Source: Squalus acanthias (Eukaryota). Taken from it: a stretch of DNA of 64,000 bases. Shown in pieces: positions 13,122 through 25,222 of the stretch; position 1 is the stretch's first letter, and the number at the start of each line of letters is the position of its first letter. The notes beneath the pieces are model-generated. The model did not search any database, was not told the origin of the DNA, and saw nothing but the letters and a program-made list of their open reading frames with translations. Location of the stretch: positions 116,314,001-116,378,000 of the forward strand of contig CM059431.1 in the NCBI GenBank assembly GCA_030390025.1. Direction: 5' to 3'. A program made the position numbers and the translations under genes.

Positions 13122-13794
13122 TGGGATATAAGGATAGAAATTGGTATGCATTGCGAGCTGGTCCCTTGTATATGTAAATTAGGGGCCTAACACTTGTTAA
13201 AGGACCCCTTTGACAAATTGCTCACGTCATGAGCCACTCAGGATTCTTCAACGACCCTGGCGACTGCCACCCAAAGGTAAGTTTTAGAATAAAAAAATAC
13301 ACTTGCTATGGAGCTAGGAGGAGCAAGAGTACTCGCAAGAGTACTCCCCCATCTCCACAGGAGTCGTAATCAGCCACCTCCACACCCCCCTCCCTGTAGC
13401 CCGCTCCAAACACCCTCCCGGGACTTACTTGAGGGCTGTTGCTGGCAAGGTGGGTGAAATTAAATTGGTTTCTCCTGTGGGGTGAGCTGCCTGTGGCAGC
13501 ACGACCCGTGTCAGCAGCTCACCCTGAGTATGCAGATGAGGCCTAAGAACCAATTTCTATCCATCCTCGGGCCGCTTGCCTTCGCCTAGACTAATTTCTA
13601 CGCCGTAATCTTACATGATCCTAATTGGTATGCTCTGCTATTACACTTCCTCAATACTGCTTCAAATCTCTTTTTCACAATAAAAATATCCTGCAAAGGA
13701 AGAAAGCCACCATTTAGTATCTTTTCCCGATTCAGATTTAGCCCCATATTTAGCACTATTTCTTAATCAAGAGTTTGAACCAACAACTTACTGT

Positions 13795-13912
13795 CAATCT
13801 GCTACATTACAACAGTGACAACACTTCAAAAGTACTTCATTGGCTATAAAGCACTTTGGGATGTCCGGAGATCATGAAAGGCACTATGTAAATGCAAGTC
13901 TTTCTTTCTTTC
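13795..13912 (+). mobile_element. DeuSINE/L2-tail fragment
   Basis: ACATTACAACAGTGAC..CTTCAAAAGTACTTCATTGGCT..AAATGCAAGTCTTTCTTT. The same tail occurs at 25770-25895, 27640-27780 and 45828 (minus). Confidence 0.7.
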
Positions 13913-14669
13913 TGGTTAATTTAAAATGTATTAATAATAACCTCTAGTAATTTACTTATGCATTGATACATTTATTTTAAATTTTGTCTCTCATCAGTTA
14001 AGGTTCGAATAGCAATTGGAACAATTCTCTGTCAAAAAAAGGAAACATTTATTCCTATAGCACTGCCAATAATTAGTGCTGGTGCCACAGTCAAAGGGCT
14101 AATGTAGTTCCCGTGCAATATTTTGAGCACACTCACATTAGAAGTAGGGGGGGAGATTTTCATCTTTACCTCCTGGGTATTAAGTACCCCCTGGGTGGAG
14201 TGCAGAAAGGAAGATCTGGCAGGGAAGATCTGACATCGTTAACAAAACCCTCCTGGGGTTTTTGAGGGTATTTTGAGGGATTAGGCATTGCAAGAGTTAA
14301 TTGACCCTAAGCTTTTCTCTCTAATAGCTAACATTCAGCAAAAGCACACTGCCTTGGACTTTCTGCTGACTGCAGAGCCAGCGTTGTGTCACAAGTGGCC
14401 TTGTTATTGCAAAAACACAGTTATTATTGATAGAAAAGCAAGGGAGACTCATAGCTGTCTATATTTTTATCTTTTATCTCTTTTCTGTCTGTGGGAATGT
14501 GCAAGCTCTTGTGAGTCACTGATATATAACCAAATATAAATCCCTTTTACTAATTTTCAGCATTAAGCTTTGCTATATAATAGTTAATATAAAGATTGCT
14601 AGTTTATAATTTTATTAAATTTAACCTTATTTCTCCTGTTAGAATTAGGGAAAAGTATGTTAAAAACTA

Positions 14670-17600
14670 AGGTAGGAATGCTTTGGGGGGTCAGTGGGAG
14701 CAATCGGTGGCAGGTTGGGTGGGAAAATGTTTTTTTTGACAGGGGGTCGGGATCCTGCTGACAACCCGCTGCCACGTGCCTTACCCAAATGTTGGGTCTG
14801 TCAATGCTGAGCAGACCCGACACGCAGTGGCGGGGGAGGCAATTCAGGTCATTATGACCTTGTTAGCAGACCATTAAGAACTATTCTGAGCTCACCTTCA
14901 GAGTTTATCAGGTCGCCCATGGAATCTACGCTGCTCGGGGATCACGTCAAGTAAGCAGGTCGTGAGTTGAATGGCCATGGAATCATCTCATGACAGCTGC
15001 AAATGTGCTATAAAAGCTCCCATCTCACAGCTGTTCACTTTCCAAGATCAGAAGCTGTTGCTTACTGCATTTGGAAGACAGATTGAGCTTTATGCAGGTT
15101 GCAAGTGTTCAGAGTAAACTCTCTATCCAGTGTCACCTCATTGGAACAAACTTTCTCACCATTGACAAATCGCTTCTGTCAGCTGAACTTCACCTGCCGT
15201 CTATTGCATCAGCATCGGTGCCCTTGAAACGATCTTACCTTGGCCCTCAGAATCCCACCACGATCAGCCTCAACACCAGCAGCACCAGCAGCACCAACAA
15301 CAACACCAGCCTTCTCCGCAATCAACTGATGCTGCACAGGACACAGGGCATCAGCACCCGAGCACATTGCTGCCTGAGAGGCCAGGGATGGCCTCACCAT
15401 GGCCAGATTTACTTCACTTGACGCTGCACACCCTGGATGTCACATGATGCACCAGGTTGGCACCAACCCACACCAACACCAGAAAGCATCCCTACAGTGC
15501 CCAAGCCATTCCTTTCACACTCATCACCATTGCGGGGGGTACCATTATGCCTCACTGTTCACTGCAACTCACTATGACACTTCCAAAGGTGCACACAGAT
15601 CTGTCCAAGAACGCAAAGTGTTCAAGATAAAGATTTCAATGTTTGACAGCACATTAACAGAAACTTCACATGAACATTGGCTAAAACAGACAAGTGCCTA
15701 CCCTTGTCTGTTGTTAGTTGGTATGATTGGACTAGGATGAGGGTGAGTGTGAGGGGTGGCTAGTGAGATGGGGAAGTGATAATGTAGATAGAGAGGGATG
15801 GATGGAGGTGCAAGGTAAGTTGGTGTGAGTAAGGATGTGCAGGAGAAGGGTAGGGAAGGCAGAGTGATGCGGATGTGATGAGTGGCACAGCAGGATGAGG
15901 TTCAGTGTGGCTTTGCCGTAACGTTTCGTGATCTACTGAGATCATTGAAATATAAGAACATAAGAACATAAGAAATAGGAGCAGGAGTAGGCCATTCGGC
16001 CTCTCGAGCCTGCTCCGCCATTCAATAAGATCATGGCTGATCTAATCTTGGCTTCAACTCCACTTTCCTGCCTGCTCCCCATAATCCTTGACTCCCCTGT
16101 TTTTCAAAAATGTGTCTATCTCCGCCTTGAATATATTCAATGACTCTGCTTCCACACCTCTCTAGTGTAGAGAATTCCAAAGATTCACGACCCTCTGAGA
16201 GAAGAAATTCCTCCTCATCTCCATTTTAAATGGGCGACCTCTTATTCTGAAACTATGCCCCCTAGTTCTAGATTCTCTCAGGACGGGAAACATCATCCCA
16301 GCATCTATCCTGTCAAGCCCCCTCAGAATCTTATATGTTTCAATAAGATCACCTCTCATTCTTCTAAACTCCAATGAGTATAGACCCAACCTGCTCAACC
16401 TTTCCTCATAAGACCAGCCCTTCAACTCAGGAATCAACCTAGTGAACCTTCTCTGAACTGCCTCCAATGCAAGTATATCCTTCCTTAAATAAGGAGACCA
16501 AAACTGTATGCAGTACTCCAGGTGTGGTCTCACCAACGCCCTGTAAAGTTGTAGCAAGACTCCCCTACTTTTATACTCCATCCCCCTAGCAATAAAGGCC
16601 AACATTCCATTTGCCTTCCTAATTATTTGCTGTATCTGCATGCTAACTTTTTGTGATTCATGTACGAGGACATCCAGATCCCTCTGTACCGCAGCATTCT
16701 GTAGCCTCTCTCCATTTAAATAATATTTTGCTTTTTTATTCTTCCTACCAAAGTGGATAACCTCACATTTTCCCACATTATACTCCATCTGCCAACATTT
16801 TGCCCACTCACTTAACCTATCTATATCCCTTTGCAGATTATTTGTGTCCTCCTGACAACTTGCTTTCCCACCTATCTGTATCCTCAGCAAATTTGGCAAC
16901 AGTACACTCAGTCCCTTCATCCAAGTTATTAATGTAGATTGTAAATAGTTGGGGCCCCAGCATTGATCCCTGTGGCACCCCACTAGTTACAATTTACCAA
17001 CCTGTAAATTACCCATTTATCCCGACTCTCTGTTTTCTGTTAGTTAGTGAATCCTCTATCCATGCTAATATATTACCCCCAACACCGTGAGCTCTTACCT
17101 TGTGCAGTAACCTTTTATGTGGCACCTAATTGAATGTCTTCTGGAAATCCAAATACACTACATCTACTGGTTCCCCTTTATCCACCTCGTTACATCCTCA
17201 AAGAACTCCAGTAAATTTGTCAAACATGATGTCCCTTTTATAAAACCATGTTGTCTCTGCTTAATTGTATTATGATTTATCTAAATGTACTGCTACTACT
17301 TCAAGGTTTGCGCCACTGCAGCCTGGTCCTCCTGAGGACATCCCTGCCTGTGTCCTCCTGTGCAATGTGCAACCAGGCTTCGTTGATCTCCTGGGGAGGT
17401 CTATTCCGCCCATTGGAAGGGAAGAGAACCTCCCTGCATGCTATAACACTTTCCATAGGTTTATGGAGGGAGTCATGGGAGAGCCTGGGTGCAGCCATGC
17501 ACCTCTGTGCAGTGCTTGTCAGTGTTTGCAGCACCTTAATGCTGTAGAACACTGACAGCACAACTGTCAAAATAAATTTGCACATGGTCCCTTTAAGGAA

Positions 17601-17796
17601 ACCGGCTGATGACGCGTTGTCAAAGGACACCATCAGACCCACTTCCTACAGTTGGCTGGCAAACATGCTGGGCGGGCTTAACAAGCCCAATCAGGGGAAA
17701 ATCATTTTGGACAGTGGCCTGGAGCCAGCAGCTCGGCTGGGACTCGCCACCAACGTCGCCCTCCACGAACCCGCCGAGGTTGGTAAAATCCTGCCC
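14670..17796 (-). mobile_element. Non-autonomous Harbinger derivative (H3), interrupted by CR1
   Basis: Right terminus GTAAAATCCTGCCC. It contains Myb exon 1 (17300-17520, minus) and a transposase with only its 5' and 3' ends fused (~15210-15420). It is the reverse-complement homologue of 59172-64000. The left boundary is approximate. Confidence 0.82.
15950..17302 (-). mobile_element. CR1 LINE, 5'-truncated
   Basis: ORF 16162..16983 encodes the RT C-terminal half (LYRALVRPHLEYC, RRMRGDLIE, FFSQRVVNLWNSL). A (CATAAGAA)n tail lies at ~15950-15975. Confidence 0.93.
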
Positions 17797-17955
17797 TAAA
17801 TTTTAATTACAGTTAGAACTCATTGTCCTCAAGGCACAGGATTGCATCATCACCATGGAAACAGAAAACCAACACAAAAAGCTTGTGCTAAGGCTAAGAA
17901 GCAGATAAGGGAGGCCCAAGGCCTGTGCACAACACAGAGCATGCTGTGTCTATGA

Positions 17956-19186
17956 TGTAGGGTGTGGTGTGGTAGGGGTGAGCCTTACCCCTGACTCAGT
18001 GCGCGGTTCGAATCGCTCCCATGCCCTAGGTTCAGACCTTGGACTTATTTAGGGGTTGTGAATAAAGATGCAGTAGACAACAGGTTCCGATGACAGAATT
18101 TTGACTTTTATTAAAAGAAAAAGGTAACAAACTTAAAACACACCTAACACTTAAACAGGTTGGGGAACACACGGTACAGGTGAGGGAGAAGGACAATATA
18201 CAAAAACCCTTATCCCTCCCAAAAATCCCACTATCTAGCTAGGTTTCGGTTTCAGGAGATCAGGGATAATGCTCACCAAACAGGTGTTTTAACAGTGTAA
18301 AATCCAGCCAGCTAAGTTGATTGCGATGGTGGTCTGGTCGTCGAGTGTCTTGCTGGAACTTGCTGCTTCTCTCCTCCTCCTGCTCGTGTCGTGTGGCTGG
18401 TAGACCCGTCTGTGTCCTGCTGGAACACGCTGCTTCTGGAACAGAGCCGAGAGAGACCTTCTTGGGGGATTGGGCCCTCAAGTATACCCCTTTGTCTTTT
18501 TCGCGTCAAAACCCCTTGCTAAAACGGTTTTGTGTCGAAGTGATTTAGGTTTCAGTTGAGGCCTGTACATTCCATTGTCTTGGTTCTGCGGGCTTGTTAA
18601 GTTTTGATGGGTCTAACTTGGTGTTAAATTGTCCTGAACTCTCTTCTTACTGAACTGTTGTAACTGCTTGATGGGCCTTCAATTATGCTAAATTGAAGTG
18701 GCCTTGTCAGAACCAAATCAAATCCTGGTCATTGTAAGACCTCGTCAACAGTAACAACTTTACTGAGGTCAAATGGCTTGCGTCCTGTTGATCTGTTGTT
18801 TAATCGGAGTTTGCATTGTCCTCATGTTTTGGGTTTCTTGCTGGGCCTAGCACTCCTATCTTTATGCATCTCTTTAATGGGTTCTGTGATAGGTTTTAAT
18901 AGTTCCTGTGTTTTGGGTGGGGCTGCCTTCTCCCAGGGCCTATTGTCCAAATGTTAATGCTTGCTGGGGCTTGAATTCCCAGACAATGCAATACCCAAAA
19001 CTGATATTTACAGAGGTTGATCCCACGTGCTGTGCAGCCCCCCTCTTCCTTACATGTCCAGACATGTTCTTTTAAAATGCCAAAGCTTGGTTTTGGTCTT
19101 AAAGTCCTTATTTTTATCACTCTGGGGTAGTTCCAAAGTCCTTCTTCCTTAGATTTTGGGGATCTGCAAATTTTGGAAACTTTACA
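17956..19186 (-). mobile_element. Solo LTR (~1.23 kb), 4-bp TSD
   Basis: TGTA...TACA termini flanked by ATGA at 17952-17955 and 19187-19190. Minus-strand AATAAA at ~18107-18112 and a TATA-like motif at ~18484. Confidence 0.85.
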
Positions 19187-20925
19187 ATGATTGGATGGAT
19201 TTCGCTGCAGTTCCAGTTTTTGGGTTTTATCCTAGAGCGTTTGGGTCATTCTCAGTGTAGAAGGGCCAGGAAGTGCACCGATCTGGACAGGTATGTATGT
19301 ATGTAATCTGGACGTGTATGTGAGTAGAAGGAATGAGGAATGGGCCACACTGACTATCCAAAGGACAATAACGGGTAATATAATTCTCAATTGTACTTTG
19401 CAAACTGCTGCTTGAATACTGTAATGTATTAAGTCTCACTTATGTTTAAATAAAAATCATAACTGTTACCAATATGGAGTCAGTTTTGAACCATTGAACA
19501 GTCTAAAGGGACTCTAATTTTTTTTTACACGTTGTTGAAGGAAGATCGCATGGTTTCTGTTACTGGCGTGCAATCTTCCCCACAAGATTTTCCTTTCTGC
19601 GCTCCACCCAGGTGATGTTTAGCACCCAGGCGGTATAGACAAATTTCTAATCCACTGTCTACTTCTGATAATTCAAAGTTGTTTTAGTGCTAAAAATGAC
19701 TTATCCAATAAATTTGAATGACCAATGCAACTGATGGAGCAGAGTGAGAATTCAGTGCTCAAGAAATTTGAATTAACAGATAATTTGAATTAAGAGTAGA
19801 CTAGCACCAGATTTTTATTATGCGCTGGTGACAAGGACCATAATAATAAACATTTATCGGGGCATTGTAAGTAATTTAAAATGAATGTGCCCTAGGCTTG
19901 GTTCTTCTTCTCAGCCCCAGCTGCTACCACTTAGGGAGTTTGGCACCAGTGACATTACATTTCCACGCTCAGTAATTATCAGGAAATGACATTAGTGCCG
20001 TTATATGGAATAGGTTCATTTATCATTGTGCCAGCCCTGGGGAGAAATGGACCTTTAAATTTCCTGCACCATGTGAGGTCATTTCTTCCTTGGCAATCTA
20101 CCGTCGTTTATTCTGCAATCCAAACTGTTGCATGAGATCAAATTTTAGTAGCATAATAATAGTCAAGAATTCGTTTAGCATCAGTGTTTCGGGCAATCAA
20201 AGATCACAAATAATTACTCCTACTCTTCTCAGTGTTGATCCAATCCTTCTGCTATCCTTCTCAATGGCATTTAGTCCCTCTCCACTTATCTCAACAATGT
20301 CACTCTTATCCTCCCAAGGTCACTCCCTTCCTTTCTCCCTCCCTAATGCTGCTTATATTTTTCTAATTTTTCATCTCAATTCAGTTCCTTTCCCCAGTGT
20401 CACTTCTGCTCTCCAAATAGTGTTCCTATCCTTCCTTCACTACTCCCATCCTTAGTGCTGCCCCAATACTTGCCAGTTTCACTCCATCCCTAATTCCGAC
20501 TCATTCTGCCAAACATCACTTGATGCAAGTGCTGCTCCTCTCTTTCCCAATGCCATGTTTCCATGCTGGTATTTTTGTATCAGTGCTATCTTCCACTACT
20601 CTTCCAGTAAAATAAAATCAGTGGCAAACATCTCAAAGATACCTGCAAAAACTGAAGGCTTTCTAGTGATATCTGTAACACGCCCAATCATGAAATATCC
20701 AGTGTGAATGAAAAAACAGAAAAAAAGATGGAAAAATTCTACTGCCTCGGTGAAATGGTCAGCACAAGTACTAGCAGAATTGAATACACCTTGAACACCA
20801 TTTGCCCATTTTATTTGGCTGATTATTCTGAGAAACCTTTACCCCGATTTTGCTGGAGCGGGGCATCTCGTAGATTGCCCATTTAGTTAGACTTGTTCAT
20901 GCACATTTAGATTTAAAAAATGTTT

Positions 20926-21572
20926 GGCCACAAAGTTCTGGAAGTGTGAGTTGATAATGGTGCAGCGAGGACAACAGAGCATCTGGGACCATGGTGAACA
21001 ACAGGACTAATAGGGACTAATCTCCTTAACCAATGAGATTTAAAGATTGAGAAATAACAATAGGAAGGACTGAGAAGCGGGTGAATTAGAGTCAAATTAG
21101 GTACAGAAAGAGAAATAAAGAGAGGAAAAATGTTTGGATTAAGAGAGAGCGATAAAAGAAACAGAAAAGAAAAGTAAGAAAAACAAATATTTAAAAAAAA
21201 TGTTATTTTTAAAATCTCCAACAACAATTCACAACCCGAAGGAATGAGACTCCACACTTATAATTGTTCACTTCATGGGCAAGAGAGGATGATTGGTAGT
21301 CATTAACAGTAATCACGTCATTAAAAGGGCACTTATGCTATTAAATACTAGACTTAACTTCCTGTGGCTAGTTTAAGGGGCAACCTCATGAAAATCACAG
21401 GGAGGTTAAGGACGAGATGTTGTTTTCACAAGGCTATCAGTGGAATGGCGCAAATCGACCAGCAACTTGTGGTGATTTGCAATTCACGGGTATTTCTTCC
21501 GCTGTTCAACTTGTGCATTAATAATAGCTTGTGTCATTCAGACCCCATTATTTTTCAGCAAAATCTTGGCCC
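20926..21572. mobile_element. Probable non-autonomous DNA transposon (MITE-like)
   Basis: Imperfect inverted termini GGCCACAAAGTTCTG / CAGCAAAATCTTGGCC. No coding capacity. Confidence 0.45.
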
Positions 21573-22123
21573 TTGTATCGATTCCTTATTAGTCTCTTCT
21601 AGTCCCTTATACTCTACAACGAGGATCCATTAAAAATGTCTAGTGGTCATGGTTCCACAGATCGCCATACAGGGGGCCCCATGGTTATTAGGGAATCTTG
21701 AATAGATCCACACAGTAGAGTATAAGGATGTGAAGATACTGCCAGGGAACAGATGTAAAGGTTCACAAATGTTTAAGTTTAATGAACTTTAAAGCTGAAA
21801 TAAAAACCCTGCCTCCCATTCTCAGCTTCACAAGCAGCTAGCTCTTATTTTTGCTAAGCTGGCCAAACAAGAGAAACTATGCAGAAATCCATCACTGAGG
21901 ATTCTACTATAATTGATATAAATTAGCTTTTATTGAAGCAGGGCAAGCAGTAAAAAAATTAACAAGGGATATTTTTCTTCCAAAGATAAGACAGACCTCG
22001 ATAGCTCACTTGTAACGTTATTACTAAGTTAGGTTATCAGTTCCTCATTCATTAGTTGCACATATTCTATATCCTGATAATACCTACTGTGTATCCTCTT
22101 AATCACCAGACAATAAAAGACTG

Positions 22124-22754
22124 ATAGAATAGAATCATAGAATCGTTACAGCACAGTAGGAGGCTATTCGACCCGTCGATCCCGTGCCAGCTCTCGGCAA
22201 GAGCACTTTAGCTAGTCCCAATCCCCCGCCCTTTTTCCGTAGCCCTGCAATTGTTTTTCCTTCAGGTATTTATCCAATTCCCTTTTGAAAGCCACGATTG
22301 AATCTGCCTCCACCTCCCTTTCAGGCAGTGCATTCCAGATCATAACCACTTGCTGCGTAAAAAAGTTTCCCCTCATGTCGCCTTTGGATCTTCGGCCTAT
22401 CACCTTAAATCTGCGTCCTCTGGTTCTTGACCCTTCCGCCAATGGGAACAGTTTCTCTCTATCTACTCTGTCTAGACCTCTCATGATTTTGAACATCTCT
22501 ATCAAATCTCCTCTCAATTTTCTCTGCTCTAAGGAGAACAACCCCAGCCTCTCCAGTCTATCCATGTAACTGAAGTCCCTCATCCCTGGAACCATTCTTG
22601 TAAATCCTTTCTGCACCCTCTCTAAAGCCTTCACATCCTTCTTAAAGTGCAGTGCACAGAATTGGACACAATACTCCAGTTGTGGCTGCACCAGTGTTTT
22701 ATAAAGGTTCATCATAACTTCCTTGCTTTTGTACTCTATGCCTCTATTTATAAA
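22124..22754 (-). mobile_element. CR1 LINE 3' fragment (continues at 25314-25343 after the Penelope insertion)
   Basis: ORF 22212..22769 (NRGIEYKSKEV..LRGDLIE..FFTQQVVMIWNALP) and a (ATAGA)n-like tail at 22124-22145. Confidence 0.9.
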
Positions 22755-23068
22755 AATGAGAAGTCGCACAACACCAGGTTATAGTCCAACAGATTTATTT
22801 AATTTTACAAGCTTTTGAAGCAGTTTGCTCCTTCGTCAGGTAAGTTAGCAATGAGAGAATCTCCCAGAATTCACAATTTAAACCCAGACAAAATCTATTC
22901 ACATTATTCCCTACAACAAAGAGCACAGCCAAGAAAATGAGATGTGTCCCAGGGGGTCCAATGTGTCAAACCACCTGCTGGCTGCATATCCTGTCAATTT
23001 GTGTTCTTGTGTTAAGTCTTTTTAAAAAATAAAAAAAAACCCCTGGGAAGACCGGCCATGATATCAAG

Positions 23069-24474
23069 TCACGTTCTGTATCGTGACATGAACCCGATAT
23101 CGCGATTGAGGCCATCCTCATGAGTGCGGAACTTGGCTATCAGTTTCTGCTCTATGATTTTGCGCTGTCGTGTATCTCGAAGGCCGCCTTGGAGAACGCT
23201 TACCCGCAGATCCGAGGCTGAATGCCCCTGGCTGCTGAAGTGTTCCCCGACTGGGAGGCAACCCTCCTGCCTGGCGATTGTTGCGCGGTGTCCGTTCATA
23301 CGTTGTCTCAGTGTCTGCATGGTCTCGCCGATGTACCATGCTCTGGAGCATCCTTTACTGCAACGTATCAGGTAGACAACGTTGGCCGAGTCACATGAGT
23401 ATGTACCGTGTACCTGGTGGGTAGTGTCCTCACGTGTAATGATGGTATCTGTGTCCATGATTTGGCATGTCTTGCAGAGGTTGCCGTGGCAGGGTTGTGT
23501 GGTGTCTTGGTTGCTGTTCTCCTGAAAGATGGGTAATCTGCTGCGAACGATGGTACTTTTGAGGTTAGGCGGCTGCTTGAAGGCGAGTAGTGGAGGCGTG
23601 GGGATGGCCTTAGCAAGGTGTTCGTCGTCATCGATGACATGTTGAAGGCTGCGAAGAACATGGCATAGTTTTTCCGCTCCGGGGAAGTACTGGACGACGT
23701 AGGGTACTCTGTTGGTTGTGTCCCGTGTTCGTCTTCTGAGGAGGTCTATGCGGTTTTTCGCTGTGGCCCGTCGGAACTGTCGATCGACGAGTCGAGCGTC
23801 ATATCCCATTCTTACGAGGGTGTCTTTCAGTGTCCGTAGGTGTCCATCGCGTTCCTCCTCGTCTGAGCAGATCCTGTGTATTCGCAGGGCTTGTCCATAG
23901 GGGATGGCTTCTTTAACGTGGTTAGGGTGGAAGCTGGAGAAGTGGAGCATCGTGAGGTTGTCCGTGGGCTTGCGGTAGAGTGAAGTGCTGAGGCGTCCGT
24001 CTTTGATGGAGATTCGTGTGTCCAAGAATGAAACCGATTCTGAGGAGTAGTCCATGGTGAGTTTGATGGTGGGATGGAACCTGTTGATGCTATCGTGTAG
24101 TCCTTTCAGTGATCCTTCGCCGTGGGTCCAAAGGAAGAAGATGTCGTCGATGTATCTGGTGTACAGCGTTGGTTGGAGGTCCTGTGCAGCGAAGAAGTCT
24201 TGCTCGAACTTGTGCATGAAGATGTTGGCGTATTGGGGTGCGAATTTGGTCCCCATGGCTGTTCCGTGTGTTTGGGTGAAAAAATGGTTGTCGAAGGTGA
24301 AGACATTGTGGTCAAGGATGAAGCGGATGAGTTGTAGGATGGCGTCCGGAGATTGGCTGTTGTTGGTGTTGAGTACTGAGGCTGTCGCAGCGATGCCGTC
24401 ATTGTGGGGGATATTGGTGTAGAGTGCCGATACGTCCATTGTAACGAGGAGTGTTCCTGGTTCAACTGGTCCAA
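23069..24474 (-). CDS. Penelope RT + GIY-YIG endonuclease ORF (5'-truncated but uninterrupted)
   Basis: Motifs DVSALYTNIP, GTAMG, YTRYIDD, FLD, the Cys linker CHGNLCKTC and GIY-YIG VVYLIRC..WYIGET..LRQRMNGH..E..GLN. Confidence 0.9.
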
Positions 24475-25183
24475 CTAGTACTATCGTTCGCAGCAGATTA
24501 CCCATCTTTCAGGAGAACAGCAACCAAGACACCACACAACCCTGCCACGGCAACCTCTGCAAGACATGCCAAATCATGGACACAGATACCATCATTACAC
24601 GTGAGGACACTACCCACCAGGTACACGGTACATACTCATGTGACTCGGCCAACGTTGTCTACCTGATACGTTGCAGTAAAGGATGCTCCAGAGCATGGTA
24701 CATCGGCGAGACCATGCAGACACTGAGACAACGTATGAACGGACACCGCGCAACAATCGCCAGGCAGGAGGGTTGCCTCCCAGTCGGGGAACACTTCAGC
24801 AGCCAGGGGCATTCAGCCTCGGATCTGCGGGTAAGCGTTCTCCAAGGCGGCCTTCGAGATACACGACAGCGCAAAATCATCGAGCAGAAACTGATAGCCA
24901 AGTTCCGCACTCATGAGGATGGCCTCAATCGCGATATCGGGTTCATGTCACGATACAGAACGTGACTTGACATCATGGCCGGTCTTCCCAGGGGTTTTTT
25001 TTAAAAAAGACTTAACACAAGAACACAAATTGACAGGATATGCAGCCAGCAGGTGGTTTGACACGTTGGACCCCCTGGGACACATCTCATTGTCTTGGCT
25101 GTGCTCTTTGTTGTAGGGAATAATGTGAATAGATTTTGTCTGGGTTTAAATTGTGAATTCTGGGAGATTCTCTCATTGCTAAC

Positions 25184-25222
25184 TTACCTGACGAAGGAGC
25201 AAACTGCTTCGAAAGCTTGTAA
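25184..25222 (+). ncRNA. Minimal hammerhead ribozyme-like motif in the Penelope terminal repeat
   Basis: TTAC-CTGACGA-A-GGAGC-AAACT-GCTTC-GAAA-GCTT-GTAA: CUGANGA core, stem II, GAAA, palindromic AAGCTT and a short stem I (TTAC/GTAA). Further copies at 34187-34223 and 38522-38557 (+) and at 22805-22843, 34008-34044 and 40669-40706 (-). Confidence 0.7.

Noticed and set aside
24475..24505. Apparent start (MGNLLRTIVLV) of the 478-aa Penelope ORF
   Set aside because: These codons come from the antisense strand of the inverted arm across the junction. The element is 5'-truncated, so this is not a full-length protein.
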